DNA of 46,086 nt from a virus. Its lineage: Duplodnaviria > Caudoviricetes. The notes beneath the pieces were generated by a model. The model saw only the letters and a program-made list of their open reading frames with translations, did no database searches and was not told the DNA's origin. The stretch spans positions 1 through 46,086 of IMG/VR virus record IMGVR_UViG_3300037311_000080; one strand, written 5' to 3'. Both the position numbers and the translations under genes were made by a program. This document shows positions 27,088 through 35,801 of this stretch, piece by piece. How positions within the stretch are numbered: the stretch's first letter is position 1; each line of letters begins with the position of its first letter.

Positions 27088-29010
27088 TTACCAGAAATCC
27101 GAATCGCGGCGGCGTTTTTGACGTTCGCGCTTGACTTCTGTTCCCCCTGCGTTTGTATTGTCGCGCTTTTCTAATTTTTTTGCAACGGGTTGAATTCGAA
27201 ACCTATCCCAATCGCTAGTTTTAAACCTATCCATGCCTAGTAAAGACGCGGCGGCGCGGGCATAAACCCTACAATCTAACGCTTCGTTCCGTTCCCGAAT
27301 TTTAATAAATTCGTAGAAAATTTGTCCTTTCCGATTCTTTTTCAATTGAACCGCTTCCGCAGTCAATTGTTTAAAAAAGTCTTCGGCATACTGCGGAAAA
27401 TGGCAATAACCGGGCGGGCGCGTGCCTTCGGCGGTAACGGGGTCTTGTTTTAAAAAACTATAAAGTTCCGACTTTACAACCCCAATTCCGACCGACCAAA
27501 GTTTTACGCCGCGGCGAATTGTTTTTCCTTCAATCTTTACGTCGACGGCTTTCGGGTGCCCCATAATTTGCAAAAGCGTGTCATTCCCTTTCACCGGAAT
27601 TACGCGCGAAGGCGGATATTTGCGGCAAAAATTATAAACGTGTTGAGTGTTATAACCAGAATCTATTGCGGTTAATTTAATCGGAAATTCTTGCGCGGCG
27701 GGGTTTATGAACGTACGTTCTAAATATTCCCCTAATTTTGTCCATACTTCTTCTTTGCCCGTGTCGCCGGGAATAACAACGTAATCAACCGACCATGATT
27801 CTTTATGTTCGCCCCAACCTACAACCTCTAATTCGATACGGTCTTTTTGTACGTCGGCCCCGCAAGTTAAAAAACAAACACCTTCGGGAACAAAGCCCTG
27901 CGGATATTCTTCGCGGCGATTATATAGCTTTTGCCATTCGGGGCTTTCACCTTCTTCTTTGTACGTTTCCCCTAATACGGTGTTAAAAAACGTGCGAATT
28001 TTTTCCGTCTTCTTTTCTTTTTGTTCGTCGCGTTTTGCTTCTTCATAATCCGCAACGATTTCACTCCAAGAAAACCAACCGACCGGCGAGTAAAGCGAAT
28101 TAATATGGAAACCTACGACGTCGCTTTCGGCGGTCGCTATCCATTTCCCTTCACGTAACATTTTTGTTTTATACCGTTCTTCGATTCCAACGCCACAACC
28201 TTCGCAGTAATAAAGAACGGTGTCCGGCTTGCCTTCGGTCCATTGCAAGTTTTGAAATTTTAAAGTTTGAAAATGATTACAGTGCGGACATGGAACATTA
28301 TAAAAACGTTTGTCGCTTAACTCGAACTCCGAATCAATTTTTGAACTTCCTTCAAGCGTTGGGGTCGAAACGACAAACGCTTTTCGCCTGCTAAACGTGC
28401 GCGAACGGGCCATTACAAGCGAAACGGGGTCGCCTTCCCCGTCGACGTCGATAGGAAATGCGTCGACTTCGTCTAACATTACATATTTTGCCGGCATCGA
28501 ACGAAGACCGGGTGACGAATTGGCGCCGGTCATGACTAAAGTTCCGCCGGGAAAATCTTTTTGCAGCACTGTATTTGCATTGTCGCGCGACTTTGCAGCA
28601 CTTATTTTTTCTTTTAATCGGGGACTTTCGTCAATTAATGGCTCAACCCGAAGCCTAGAATTCCGTTTTGCGGTGTCAACCGTGGGTTGCACTATCATTG
28701 CAGGCCCCGGTGCATGGTCGATAATGTACCCAATCCAATTATTACCGGCTTCGGTTCCGCCAATTTGCGAAGACTTTTTGAAAACAACTTTTTTCGCCGG
28801 ATGCGTAACCGAAAGCGTATTCATAATTTCAACTAAATACGGCGTGCGCGCGTTCGCCCATTTACCTGGTTCACTCGACGACTTTTGAGATAAAACCCTA
28901 TGCTGTTCGGCCCATTGACTCACGGTTAAAATGGGTTCCGGTTTTAAAGCATCTAAAAAGGCTTTATCAATTTTCTTTATTTGCTGTATTTTGTGTGGTG
29001 CTAATGTCAT
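27088..29010 (-). CDS. terL: Terminase large subunit, lambda gpA family
   Basis: TPYL.EIM, KSSQIGGT (Walker A), VMLDEVD (Walker B), STPT, CPHC/CEGC, DVQKDR, RNEALDC. Confidence 0.97.
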   Translation of the reverse strand: MTLAPHKIQQIKKIDKAFLDALKPEPILTVSQWAEQHRVLSQKSSSEPGKWANARTPYLVEIMNTLSVTHPAKKVVFKKSSQIGGTEAGNNWIGYIIDHAPGPAMIVQPTVDTAKRNSRLRVEPLIDESPRLKEKISAAKSRDNANTVLQKDFPGGTLVMTGANSSPGLRSMPAKYVMLDEVDAFPIDVDGEGDPVSLVMARSRTFSRRKAFVVSTPTLEGSSKIDSEFELSDKRFYNVPCPHCNHFQTLKFQNLQWTEGKPDTVLYYCEGCGVGIEERYKTKMLREGKWIATAESDVVGFHINSLYSPVGWFSWSEIVADYEEAKRDEQKEKKTEKIRTFFNTVLGETYKEEGESPEWQKLYNRREEYPQGFVPEGVCFLTCGADVQKDRIELEVVGWGEHKESWSVDYVVIPGDTGKEEVWTKLGEYLERTFINPAAQEFPIKLTAIDSGYNTQHVYNFCRKYPPSRVIPVKGNDTLLQIMGHPKAVDVKIEGKTIRRGVKLWSVGIGVVKSELYSFLKQDPVTAEGTRPPGYCHFPQYAEDFFKQLTAEAVQLKKNRKGQIFYEFIKIRERNEALDCRVYARAAASLLGMDRFKTSDWDRFRIQPVAKKLEKRDNTNAGGTEVKRERQKRRRDSDFW

Positions 29011-29617
29011 CGAAATTCATTCTTTGTAGTTGTTCAAGTGCTGCGTTAATTTCGTCGCGTAAACGATTTTCTACCTCTATTAAGGCTTCGCACGCGAATA
29101 ATTCCGGCCCTATTTTACCGGGTATATTTAAAAAAACTTCCCTAGTCGACCCTACTAATTTCGTAATTCGTTCTTTTACCATTTCAATATCGACTAGACG
29201 CCCACGCATTTCCGCGACTTCTAGTTCTAATTTTTCCGCCCGCATTTCTTCCGTCGACGCTTTGGCTTTTTTAAAACGGTCAAAGTCGTCTTCTTGCATC
29301 GGGACTTTTGTCACGGGCGGGTTTTCGTCATTATTAACAGGTTTTTCCACGGTCGCATTCCCGACCGGAAGACCATTTAATAGTTTCGTTGCGTCTTTGC
29401 CATAGCTAGCCGCGGCCCTCATGACGGACGCGGGGTTAGCCAATTTCCTAAAGTCTTCGTCGGCAATTTCGGAAATAATAAATTTCTTTTTCCCCTCAAC
29501 TACAAAAGCGCGTTCGGTAATTGACCCGTTTTTAATTCGGTCTTGCACGGCATTCAAATTAATTCCGCGTTCTTCGGCATAGGCCCGTAAAGTCATTTTC
29601 GGCAAAAAGCCCCCCAA
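28967..29617 (-). CDS. terS: Terminase small subunit, Nu1-like (start codon uncertain: 29617, 29605 or 29596)
   Basis: N-terminal winged-HTH-like LRAYAEERGI, C-terminal ELE..E.RGRLVD coil; overlaps terL. Confidence 0.85.
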   Translation of the reverse strand: MGGFLPKMTLRAYAEERGINLNAVQDRIKNGSITERAFVVEGKKKFIISEIADEDFRKLANPASVMRAAASYGKDATKLLNGLPVGNATVEKPVNNDENPPVTKVPMQEDDFDRFKKAKASTEEMRAEKLELEVAEMRGRLVDIEMVKERITKLVGSTREVFLNIPGKIGPELFACEALIEVENRLRDEINAALEQLQRMNFDDISTTQNTANKEN

Positions 29618-29730
29618 GTCATTAGAAAAAGTGCTGCATCTCCAAAAAGTGTCTCATTGCGCGCCCAAAAATGAAACAGCCGCCGCGGTTTAGACCAGAC
29701 GCAGCATTTTTCATAAACTAGACTTTTGAC

Positions 29731-29773
29731 GCGGGCTGTGCCGCCCGCTTCGTTATAGGATGGAATAGGACCC
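29731..29773 (-). promoter_or_regulatory. Candidate lambda-type cos site (cosQ plus cosN-like)
   Basis: GGGTCCT (identical to lambda cosQ), 20 nt, then GGGCGGCACAGCCCGC with dyad GCGGGC/GCCCGC; upstream of terS. Confidence 0.7.
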
Positions 29774-29974
29774 ATTTAAAAACGCATATAAACGATCTGA
29801 CACTCATATCGAATATACGAGAGATAGGATAAAAATTTTATTTAATATTCTCATTTTGATAGTCCAGTTCTAACCTATTGCAATTGACAATGTCTTATTA
29901 CTGTACGTCTCACATTTGTTTTATTATGAGTCAATCAATGACCCATACTGATAATGTGAATTAAAATAAAACAA

Positions 29975-30610
29975 TTAGATTAAATTATGACGTCTTAGTG
30001 CTGCTTGACTACTATCGAATGTCTTCACTATGTCGGATGTTCTAACTCGCATCTCGTGTTTGAACACTCTTTGAAACATACCTATACCCCGTTGCGTAAT
30101 GGGAATATGCATTTTCTTCCCAAACACCTGTTCGCCTACAGAGGGTATAGACTGCGTCTTAAAGCGGGCCTGCGCCTTTATACGCTTAAACACCTGTTTA
30201 CTCTTTACCGTTTGGATGAAGGCCGATTGCAATGTACGTCTACGGCCGGGCACGACTTCAACTTTTAATTTTCTTCGTCTCTTAACGGGAATGCCTTTTT
30301 GCGGAATGGGGTTTTTATTACCCCTAACAAATTCGAGCATAGGAATTGGTTTTTTTGAATAGGAAATTACCGCTTCGAGACTTCCAATTGACCCTCCAAT
30401 AGTAACGACTTTATGTAATTTCATGTGGCGGTTTTTTAAAGTCGATTCCTTCATACGCAATTGCTTTCGAAGGCGGTTTAACGATTCATGGCGCATTGCA
30501 ATTCCGGCACGCTGCAAAGCACGACGCGCGCTTGCAATGGTTTCGCGCGGCCATTTGTCTAAAAGCCGCTGTAAATCGTCAACTTTATCAAAAATATGAA
30601 TTTCGACCAT
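29975..30610 (-). CDS. Lambda gpZ-like minor tail / completion protein
   Basis: Very basic; ARRALQR, IPMLEF, V.V..G....L..AFI, VFKR pattern. Confidence 0.65.
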   Translation of the reverse strand: MVEIHIFDKVDDLQRLLDKWPRETIASARRALQRAGIAMRHESLNRLRKQLRMKESTLKNRHMKLHKVVTIGGSIGSLEAVISYSKKPIPMLEFVRGNKNPIPQKGIPVKRRRKLKVEVVPGRRRTLQSAFIQTVKSKQVFKRIKAQARFKTQSIPSVGEQVFGKKMHIPITQRGIGMFQRVFKHEMRVRTSDIVKTFDSSQAALRRHNLI

Positions 30611-30914
30611 AAACCGCCTTTAAAAGCCTTTAGCAGGGCGTCCCCTGCTTTCCCCGCACTTAACGCGTTTATGGCTATTCCGGGCAAATTTGAAGCTATA
30701 GCGGCCCGATTTAAAACGCGTCCCTTCCGTGGTTCCCATAGTACGCGTTTTTTATATTGTTCGATAGTCTGGTTTTTAGCAAGCGGCGCGTTTTGGCTTG
30801 CTTTTTGGCTAAATGGTCGAGGCGGGGGCTTTTTAGACCCAATTTATAAAAAACCTACATCAAAGGAGTGCATTCACGTTGGAAAGGTTTAGTACAGCGC
30901 GCCCCGTTTAAATT

Positions 30915-31319
30915 TTAAAACGCTTCGCCTATATCCGATAAAATTTTTAAAAAATCATCGAAATACATAGCTACAATAGCCTTTTTATGGTCGCCCTGCG
31001 TAATAAGCGCGGGCATTGTACCGTTTAGGTCTTTAACTTCTTCGATACATGACAAAGGCGCATATTTTTTATTTCTTTTACACTGAAACCGAAAAGCGCC
31101 GGTATTATCCAAGTCGTACCCTAACGCTTCTTGCGCCTGATTTTCTAAATGCCTTTTACATTCAGGATAAACTGCGCGCAGCTTTTCGGCGCATTCGCGT
31201 TCAAACGAATGGCCCCGCGTGCGTTGATAGCGCCCGTGGTTTTTCTTTATGCGGGCTTTTTTATTCCGCATGGATAAAATTAATTTTTCTTCGGCTTTAG
31301 TTAATTGAATTGCACTCAT
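30915..31319 (-). CDS. PD-(D/E)XK nuclease, Holliday junction resolvase-like
   Basis: RG..FERE.A..L, G.DL, FQCKR motifs. Confidence 0.7.
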   Translation of the reverse strand: MSAIQLTKAEEKLILSMRNKKARIKKNHGRYQRTRGHSFERECAEKLRAVYPECKRHLENQAQEALGYDLDNTGAFRFQCKRNKKYAPLSCIEEVKDLNGTMPALITQGDHKKAIVAMYFDDFLKILSDIGEAF

Positions 31320-31325
31320 AACCAA

Positions 31326-31355
31326 AACCTAGCCCGCGCGCCTTTAGAATTGCAA
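31326..31355 (-). promoter_or_regulatory. Possible sigma70-type promoter for the resolvase / late transcript
   Basis: TTGCAA-18 nt-TAGGTT ending 6 nt before ATG 31319. Confidence 0.35.
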
Positions 31356-31370
31356 TTTGAAATATTTATA

Positions 31371-31468
31371 GCGTGCTGCGTTTTAAAACTGCTTAATTTA
31401 ATCAGATTCTTTTTGCGTGCTGCGTTTTAAAACTGCTTAATTTAATCAGATTCTTTTTGCGTGCTGCG
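31371..31468. repeat. Perfect 44-bp tandem repeat (2 copies plus a 10-bp partial)
   Basis: GCGTGCTGCGTTTTAAAACTGCTTAATTTAATCAGATTCTTTTT at 31371 and 31415; GCGTGCTGCG again at 31459 and 31514. Confidence 0.95.
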
Positions 31469-31642
31469 ACTAAAAGCCTTTTATGGCTCAACTGGCTCAT
31501 GAGCGACATTATAGCGTGCTGCGTTTTAAAAACATAACGCATCTAATAAATTTAACAAAAACTAAACCACATTTTTTGATTAAAAAAGGCTTCAAAAAAG
31601 TAGGCTAAAAATAGCCAAAGTCGCAGCGCGCTTTTTTGCCCT

Positions 31643-32026
31643 TGGAGCAAAATAGCAAAGTTAGCAGGGGTTCTATTCCTTATAGAAAAAAATATGACCA
31701 TGTTGTAAAACAATACAGACTAACAACATAAATATTTTTTTTCTAAACTTAATAAGAAAAAAGTATGCTTCTGTGCTCCAAATAAATTAAATATATGAAA
31801 TTATTAAATTAAGTATGCTCCAAAGTATGCTCCAATGCCCGCTAACTTTGCTCCAAAGGCCAAAAAAGTGCTAACTTTGCTCCACTAAATAATTATCGAC
31901 CGCGCGCATAAAAAATAGACGCATCTAATAAGGATGACATCACTGTAGTATAACGCATAATTTCCATAATTCAGACGCATAATATAAATAAATCGAAAAT
32001 AATTATTTTCAATTTATTGGAGCATA
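31643..32026. repeat. Iteron-like TGCTCCA repeat cluster in AT-rich DNA; candidate replication origin
   Basis: TGCTCCA at 31774; AAGTATGCTCCA x2 (31811, 31823); GCTAACTTTGCTCCA x2 (31841, 31870); inverted copies at 31643 and 32018; directly downstream of the primase-helicase gene. Confidence 0.7.
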
Positions 32027-32040
32027 GTTTGTTTTCAAGT

Positions 32041-34326
32041 TTAGTCCGCCGAATCGAGTGTTTTGGCTATGTATTTTTCGGGGTCAAAATAGTCCGGTAA
32101 ATCAATCTTTAACGACTTGCATAAAGACACCATTAACGCATGGGGTTTAATTTCAACTCCGCGGGTTTTTACGCCGTCGATTCGGCGTTGCGCTACGTTG
32201 TTAAGTTCTGGCATTAGCGCGGCGCTTCGTTTCCAAAAAGAAATAAAACCTTGGTTACGTTCATATGACCCGACTTCTTTTCGATACATAGTGTAATCAT
32301 GGTGAAGCATAGGCCGGATTAGAAAATCGCCATTATGGAAAAACGGCTTGTCATCGTCCCCAAAGAAAAAATCAGCCCAATAGTGCCCCAATGTTCCAAA
32401 CGAAGCAATTTTAGTCGTCCCGCCTTGATTATCAAACACCGGTAAAACGTTCGGGTTAAAATTGGATAAATTAACGTTTTGAAGAAAGTAAAAAATGTTA
32501 TTGGCTAAATCGCCGTCAAGAAGTGCCGTCCAGATACGCCCGAAATAGTCCGTATTGCCTTTATAGGCGCTTGAAACTTCAAACACTAAGTAACGTCTAT
32601 TCCCTTGCCCAATGGCTACCGCTTCGTCGTTATTTGACGCAATGATATAGCGCGAAAAGTTTTCTACGGTAAATCGACCGCCAAACTTCTGTTCTACGGT
32701 TAAAAACTGCGAACCGGTTAACGCTTTTAAAATCCCGTCTTCAACTTTATCGCCCCGCCACGTCGCTTCGTCGATAAAGGTTAGTATTCGGTAGGCTTGG
32801 TCATCGTTGAAGCGTTCTTTGAGCGTTTGGGCCGTCATAATCTTATAAAAAAGCGGTCCTAGAATCTTATTCATGATTCCTTCGACCAAAAGCCCTTTAC
32901 CGGTCCCTTCGTCCCCAATAAGCACGGGGACAATAGAGCATTTGCGTGCCGGGTTTTGAACCGTGTCGGCAAGGAATTGAATTAACCAAAGCCCTTTGTC
33001 TTCGTTACCGCCTGCAATAATATCAACGCAAAGGGTAATAAAATCACTCACGTCGCCTTTTAATGGTGTACATGGAATATCACTCCACATATTGAGTTCG
33101 TCGATAGTGCCTCTAGGTTTAAAAACAACACTCGAATAGTTTTGACGGTCTTCGCTTGTTAACCAAACGTTCGCCGCCGGCGCGTATTTAGCGACGTAGC
33201 CCTTTGATTGCGTGTAGGTATAGTGTTTGTAATGGTACTTCGCACTTTGAATTAAAAACGCTTCCTTTGACATTATGGAAAGTGATTTTGTTCCGTCGGG
33301 GCGCATTTGCGTTTGAACGATTTTCCCTGCGGGATTATGAGTTAAAACCGCGTAGCCCATGTTATTAAAGTCTTTGATAATATGACTTTCATGAACTGAA
33401 ACCATTTTTTCGCCGTCGCGGAACCAACCGTCATTATCTCTTTTTTCTAGTTCTATGCGCTCAAAGGCGTCGAGTTCGGCGCGTTTAAAAAGGGCTTTGT
33501 CTTCTTCAAGGGAAAGGGGCGGTATGATACAACCTAAATCACGCGCAATATGGATAAAACTACCAGGCTTTAAACCTCCGCCCGAGCGAAAGCCGTTCCA
33601 TTTGTAATCCGCTTTATCAAGGTCGCCGTCGGCGTAGTTAATCCCTTGAGTGATTTCCTTCCATAACTCTAAGCCGTCTTCGTCGGGGAAAACGGAATGA
33701 ATCGCCATTCCAATAGACACCCATGTATTATAATCGAATTCTTTTTCCTTTAACTGCGTTGCTATTTTTTTAAAGTAATCAACGCCGGTTGTGAATTCCG
33801 TCTCTAAGGCTTTAGGCTTTTCGGGTTTTCGTTCAAATATATCTGCAAGCCATTGGGGTAGTTCAATTGGGTCTAAGTCGTTTAACCATTCGTAGCGCCC
33901 GCCTTTGGCGTTTTGTGAAGGCGAGACAACTATGTAGTTATTAACGCGCGTGTCGATTCCAATATTGCGTTTGATTTTCCCTTTATAAACCGCGTTCGGT
34001 TTTGCTTTAAAAACATAATGAAAACCTCCGCCCGCTGATTTTTGGATAAGGGTTTCAGGTTTTCCGTGCGTTTCAATGAGAGTATTCCAATACTCGACGC
34101 CTTGGTTTTTTGTATCAATATCAATAATAAAATGCTTTGAAAGTTTTGGAACAAGTGCCCAATTGCAATTAGGATATTGTCTCGACCATTTCATTAGTTC
34201 TTCAATGTCGCGACTTGCGTCTTCGTTGTAATTTTTTATGTAGGTGCGTTTATCCCCACGATAGCAAGGGATTAAATAAAATCCCTTTTTAATGTACCAT
34301 TCTAATTGCGTTCGCAAGTCGGACAA
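32041..34326 (-). CDS. Primase-helicase: Prim-Pol + PriCT-2 + SF3 (DUF5906-like) helicase
   Basis: IIDID, GGGFHYVF, DYNTWVSIGMAIH, Walker A GDEGTGKG, FIDE, RRY; likely TTG start at 34326 behind GGGGG. Confidence 0.92.
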   Translation of the reverse strand: MSDLRTQLEWYIKKGFYLIPCYRGDKRTYIKNYNEDASRDIEELMKWSRQYPNCNWALVPKLSKHFIIDIDTKNQGVEYWNTLIETHGKPETLIQKSAGGGFHYVFKAKPNAVYKGKIKRNIGIDTRVNNYIVVSPSQNAKGGRYEWLNDLDPIELPQWLADIFERKPEKPKALETEFTTGVDYFKKIATQLKEKEFDYNTWVSIGMAIHSVFPDEDGLELWKEITQGINYADGDLDKADYKWNGFRSGGGLKPGSFIHIARDLGCIIPPLSLEEDKALFKRAELDAFERIELEKRDNDGWFRDGEKMVSVHESHIIKDFNNMGYAVLTHNPAGKIVQTQMRPDGTKSLSIMSKEAFLIQSAKYHYKHYTYTQSKGYVAKYAPAANVWLTSEDRQNYSSVVFKPRGTIDELNMWSDIPCTPLKGDVSDFITLCVDIIAGGNEDKGLWLIQFLADTVQNPARKCSIVPVLIGDEGTGKGLLVEGIMNKILGPLFYKIMTAQTLKERFNDDQAYRILTFIDEATWRGDKVEDGILKALTGSQFLTVEQKFGGRFTVENFSRYIIASNNDEAVAIGQGNRRYLVFEVSSAYKGNTDYFGRIWTALLDGDLANNIFYFLQNVNLSNFNPNVLPVFDNQGGTTKIASFGTLGHYWADFFFGDDDKPFFHNGDFLIRPMLHHDYTMYRKEVGSYERNQGFISFWKRSAALMPELNNVAQRRIDGVKTRGVEIKPHALMVSLCKSLKIDLPDYFDPEKYIAKTLDSAD

Positions 34327-34372
34327 AGTAACCCCCAAAAGTTTTTATGAAATATGTCGTAGGCGTGCTGCG

Positions 34373-34588
34373 CTATCTACTTTTTCGCTGTTTATTAAAT
34401 TCTTTACGTGCGAAGTCTTTATAGATTGTATTGTAATCAATGCCGGTAATTAAATTAATTTTGTAGGCCATTGCGAGACTAGGTGCGTGCGTCTTTTTTC
34501 GCCAACCGGTAACACTTGCCGTGGTAGCGCCTAGCATTTTAGCGAACGTGTACGCCCCAACCTTGTCAATATATTGATTCAAATTCAT
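34373..34588 (-). CDS. Small Cro-like helix-turn-helix protein
   Basis: FAKMLGATTASVTGWR....PS...AYKI pattern; AAGGA RBS; first gene after the divergent promoter. Confidence 0.7.
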   Translation of the reverse strand: MNLNQYIDKVGAYTFAKMLGATTASVTGWRKKTHAPSLAMAYKINLITGIDYNTIYKDFARKEFNKQRKSR

Positions 34589-34625
34589 GCACTTATTTCC
34601 TTTGAAATTGTTTTTAAGTGTTTTA

Positions 34626-34653
34626 ACGCTACCGCAAATTAAATTATTTTCAA
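34626..34653 (-). promoter_or_regulatory. Candidate leftward sigma70 promoter
   Basis: TTGAAA-16 nt-TAGCGT at the strand-switch point. Confidence 0.45.
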
Positions 34654-34661
34654 TAAAAAGT

Positions 34662-34691
34662 TTGACTAACGCGACGTTAAACTTTTAGCGT
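34662..34691 (+). promoter_or_regulatory. Candidate rightward sigma70 promoter
   Basis: TTGACT-18 nt-TAGCGT upstream of a GAGGGG RBS and ATG 34721. Confidence 0.5.
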
Positions 34692-34720
34692 GGGGTAAAT
34701 CTTTGAGGGGAAGTGCATTC

Positions 34721-34927
34721 ATGTTCAAAAGTATTTATCGTTTTTTTAAGCGGCTTATTTTATGCCCGATCTTTTACATTTTTAAAATCGTCGATTTAAT
34801 TGGCTTTACCATTTCCGTTATTCTTTTTGTCGTAAATGATTCAATAGAAGCGGTTACGTTTGAAGAAGCGGTAAACAACTACGTTCATAACCTATCAGGC
34901 CGTTTAATTTCATGGGCTAGACAATGA
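34721..34927 (+). CDS. Small membrane protein
   Basis: Hydrophobic LILCPIFYIFKIVDLIGFTISVILFVV; GAGGGG RBS. Confidence 0.65.
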   Translation: MFKSIYRFFKRLILCPIFYIFKIVDLIGFTISVILFVVNDSIEAVTFEEAVNNYVHNLSGRLISWARQ

Positions 34928-35361
34928 GACAAAAAGTAATTTTAATCGAGGGCCTTGCGTCCTATCGTTTAGGTTTTCTTCGAAAAGCATACAAAGATAT
35001 TTTTGAGGCTAAAGGTTTTGAAGTTGTAAGTTTACCTTATACTGCAAAAGGCCCTTTTATTGCCGACATTGTTATCGGTCATTCATTCGGCGGCGGGAAA
35101 ATTTTAAGAGACGGAGCAAAGGCACGCGCTGTTATAACACTAGACCCGCGGTATTGGGATTTTTGGAATAACCAAAACCAAACAGCTTTTCAACTTGATA
35201 TTTCTCACGCTTTAAATTGTTATCAAAAATCAGGTTTACGAGGCTATCCCGTTAACGGCATGAACAATCATTATTTTGGGGGCGTCGGGCATACTCAATT
35301 ACCTTTAGAATCTGTTCAAATGGTCTTTCATTATTTAAGAAGTATCGGACTTGAGGTTTAA
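34924..35361 (+). CDS. Minimal alpha/beta-hydrolase-fold protein
   Basis: IVIGHSFGG nucleophile elbow (GxSxG), VITLDP, C-terminal GHT. Confidence 0.7.
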   Translation: MRQKVILIEGLASYRLGFLRKAYKDIFEAKGFEVVSLPYTAKGPFIADIVIGHSFGGGKILRDGAKARAVITLDPRYWDFWNNQNQTAFQLDISHALNCYQKSGLRGYPVNGMNNHYFGGVGHTQLPLESVQMVFHYLRSIGLEV

Positions 35362-35363
35362 TC

Positions 35364-35516
35364 ATGTCTACGTTTCAATTTTTTGTAATGCTATTTTATG
35401 TTCATCTTATTTTAGCGGCGACGTATGAAATACGCGATAGGTATATATCATCATGGTTACACGTTATAACAGCGATTGGTTGTTTGATTGTCGCAGTATT
35501 TAATTATAAAGGGTAA
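35364..35516 (+). CDS. Small two-helix membrane protein (50 aa; not in ORF track)
   Basis: MSTFQFFVMLFYVHLILAATYEIRDRYISSWLHVITAIGCLIVAVFNYKG; GAGGT RBS; fills the gap between neighbours. Confidence 0.65.
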   Translation: MSTFQFFVMLFYVHLILAATYEIRDRYISSWLHVITAIGCLIVAVFNYKG

Positions 35517-35519
35517 AAT

Positions 35520-35798
35520 ATGACACAAAAAGAAATCGACATGGTTCACGACCATATATTAATTGACCTTATTAAAGACGTTGAAGTCGTTGACATAATT
35601 ACAGCAAAAACAAAGTCGCCAAAAGCAAGCGACCCTAAATTTATTACGACATTACGATGTAAAACGCTGCGAACAAAAGATCATATCCACGTTAGACAAT
35701 TTAATAGTTTAAAAATTTTACGCGATTTAAAAAAGTTAGAAAAATACAAACACGTTTTACCAGAAGAAGACCCAAACAAATACAAAGAACGATTCTAA
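35520..35798 (+). CDS. Hypothetical protein
   Basis: AAGGGT RBS; tightly packed ORF. Confidence 0.65.
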   Translation: MTQKEIDMVHDHILIDLIKDVEVVDIITAKTKSPKASDPKFITTLRCKTLRTKDHIHVRQFNSLKILRDLKKLEKYKHVLPEEDPNKYKERF

Positions 35799-35801
35799 AT
35801 T

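Noticed and set aside
1627-29405. Numerous plus-strand ORFs of 60-190 aa opposite the structural genes (e.g. 7041-7523, 13720-14298, 28310-28888)
   Set aside because: Antisense shadows of well-supported genes, S/T/P/F-rich with no motifs
29593-29775. 60-aa ORF upstream of terS
   Set aside because: Runs across the predicted cos site, no RBS or motif; probably noncoding
30596-30892. Plus-strand 98-aa ORF
   Set aside because: Opposite to the local gene direction, overlaps the Z-like gene start, no RBS or motif
31371-31523. CRISPR-like array
   Set aside because: The units are contiguous identical tandem copies with no unique spacers, and there is no cas operon; the Cas4-like gene is a standard DUF2800 replication nuclease
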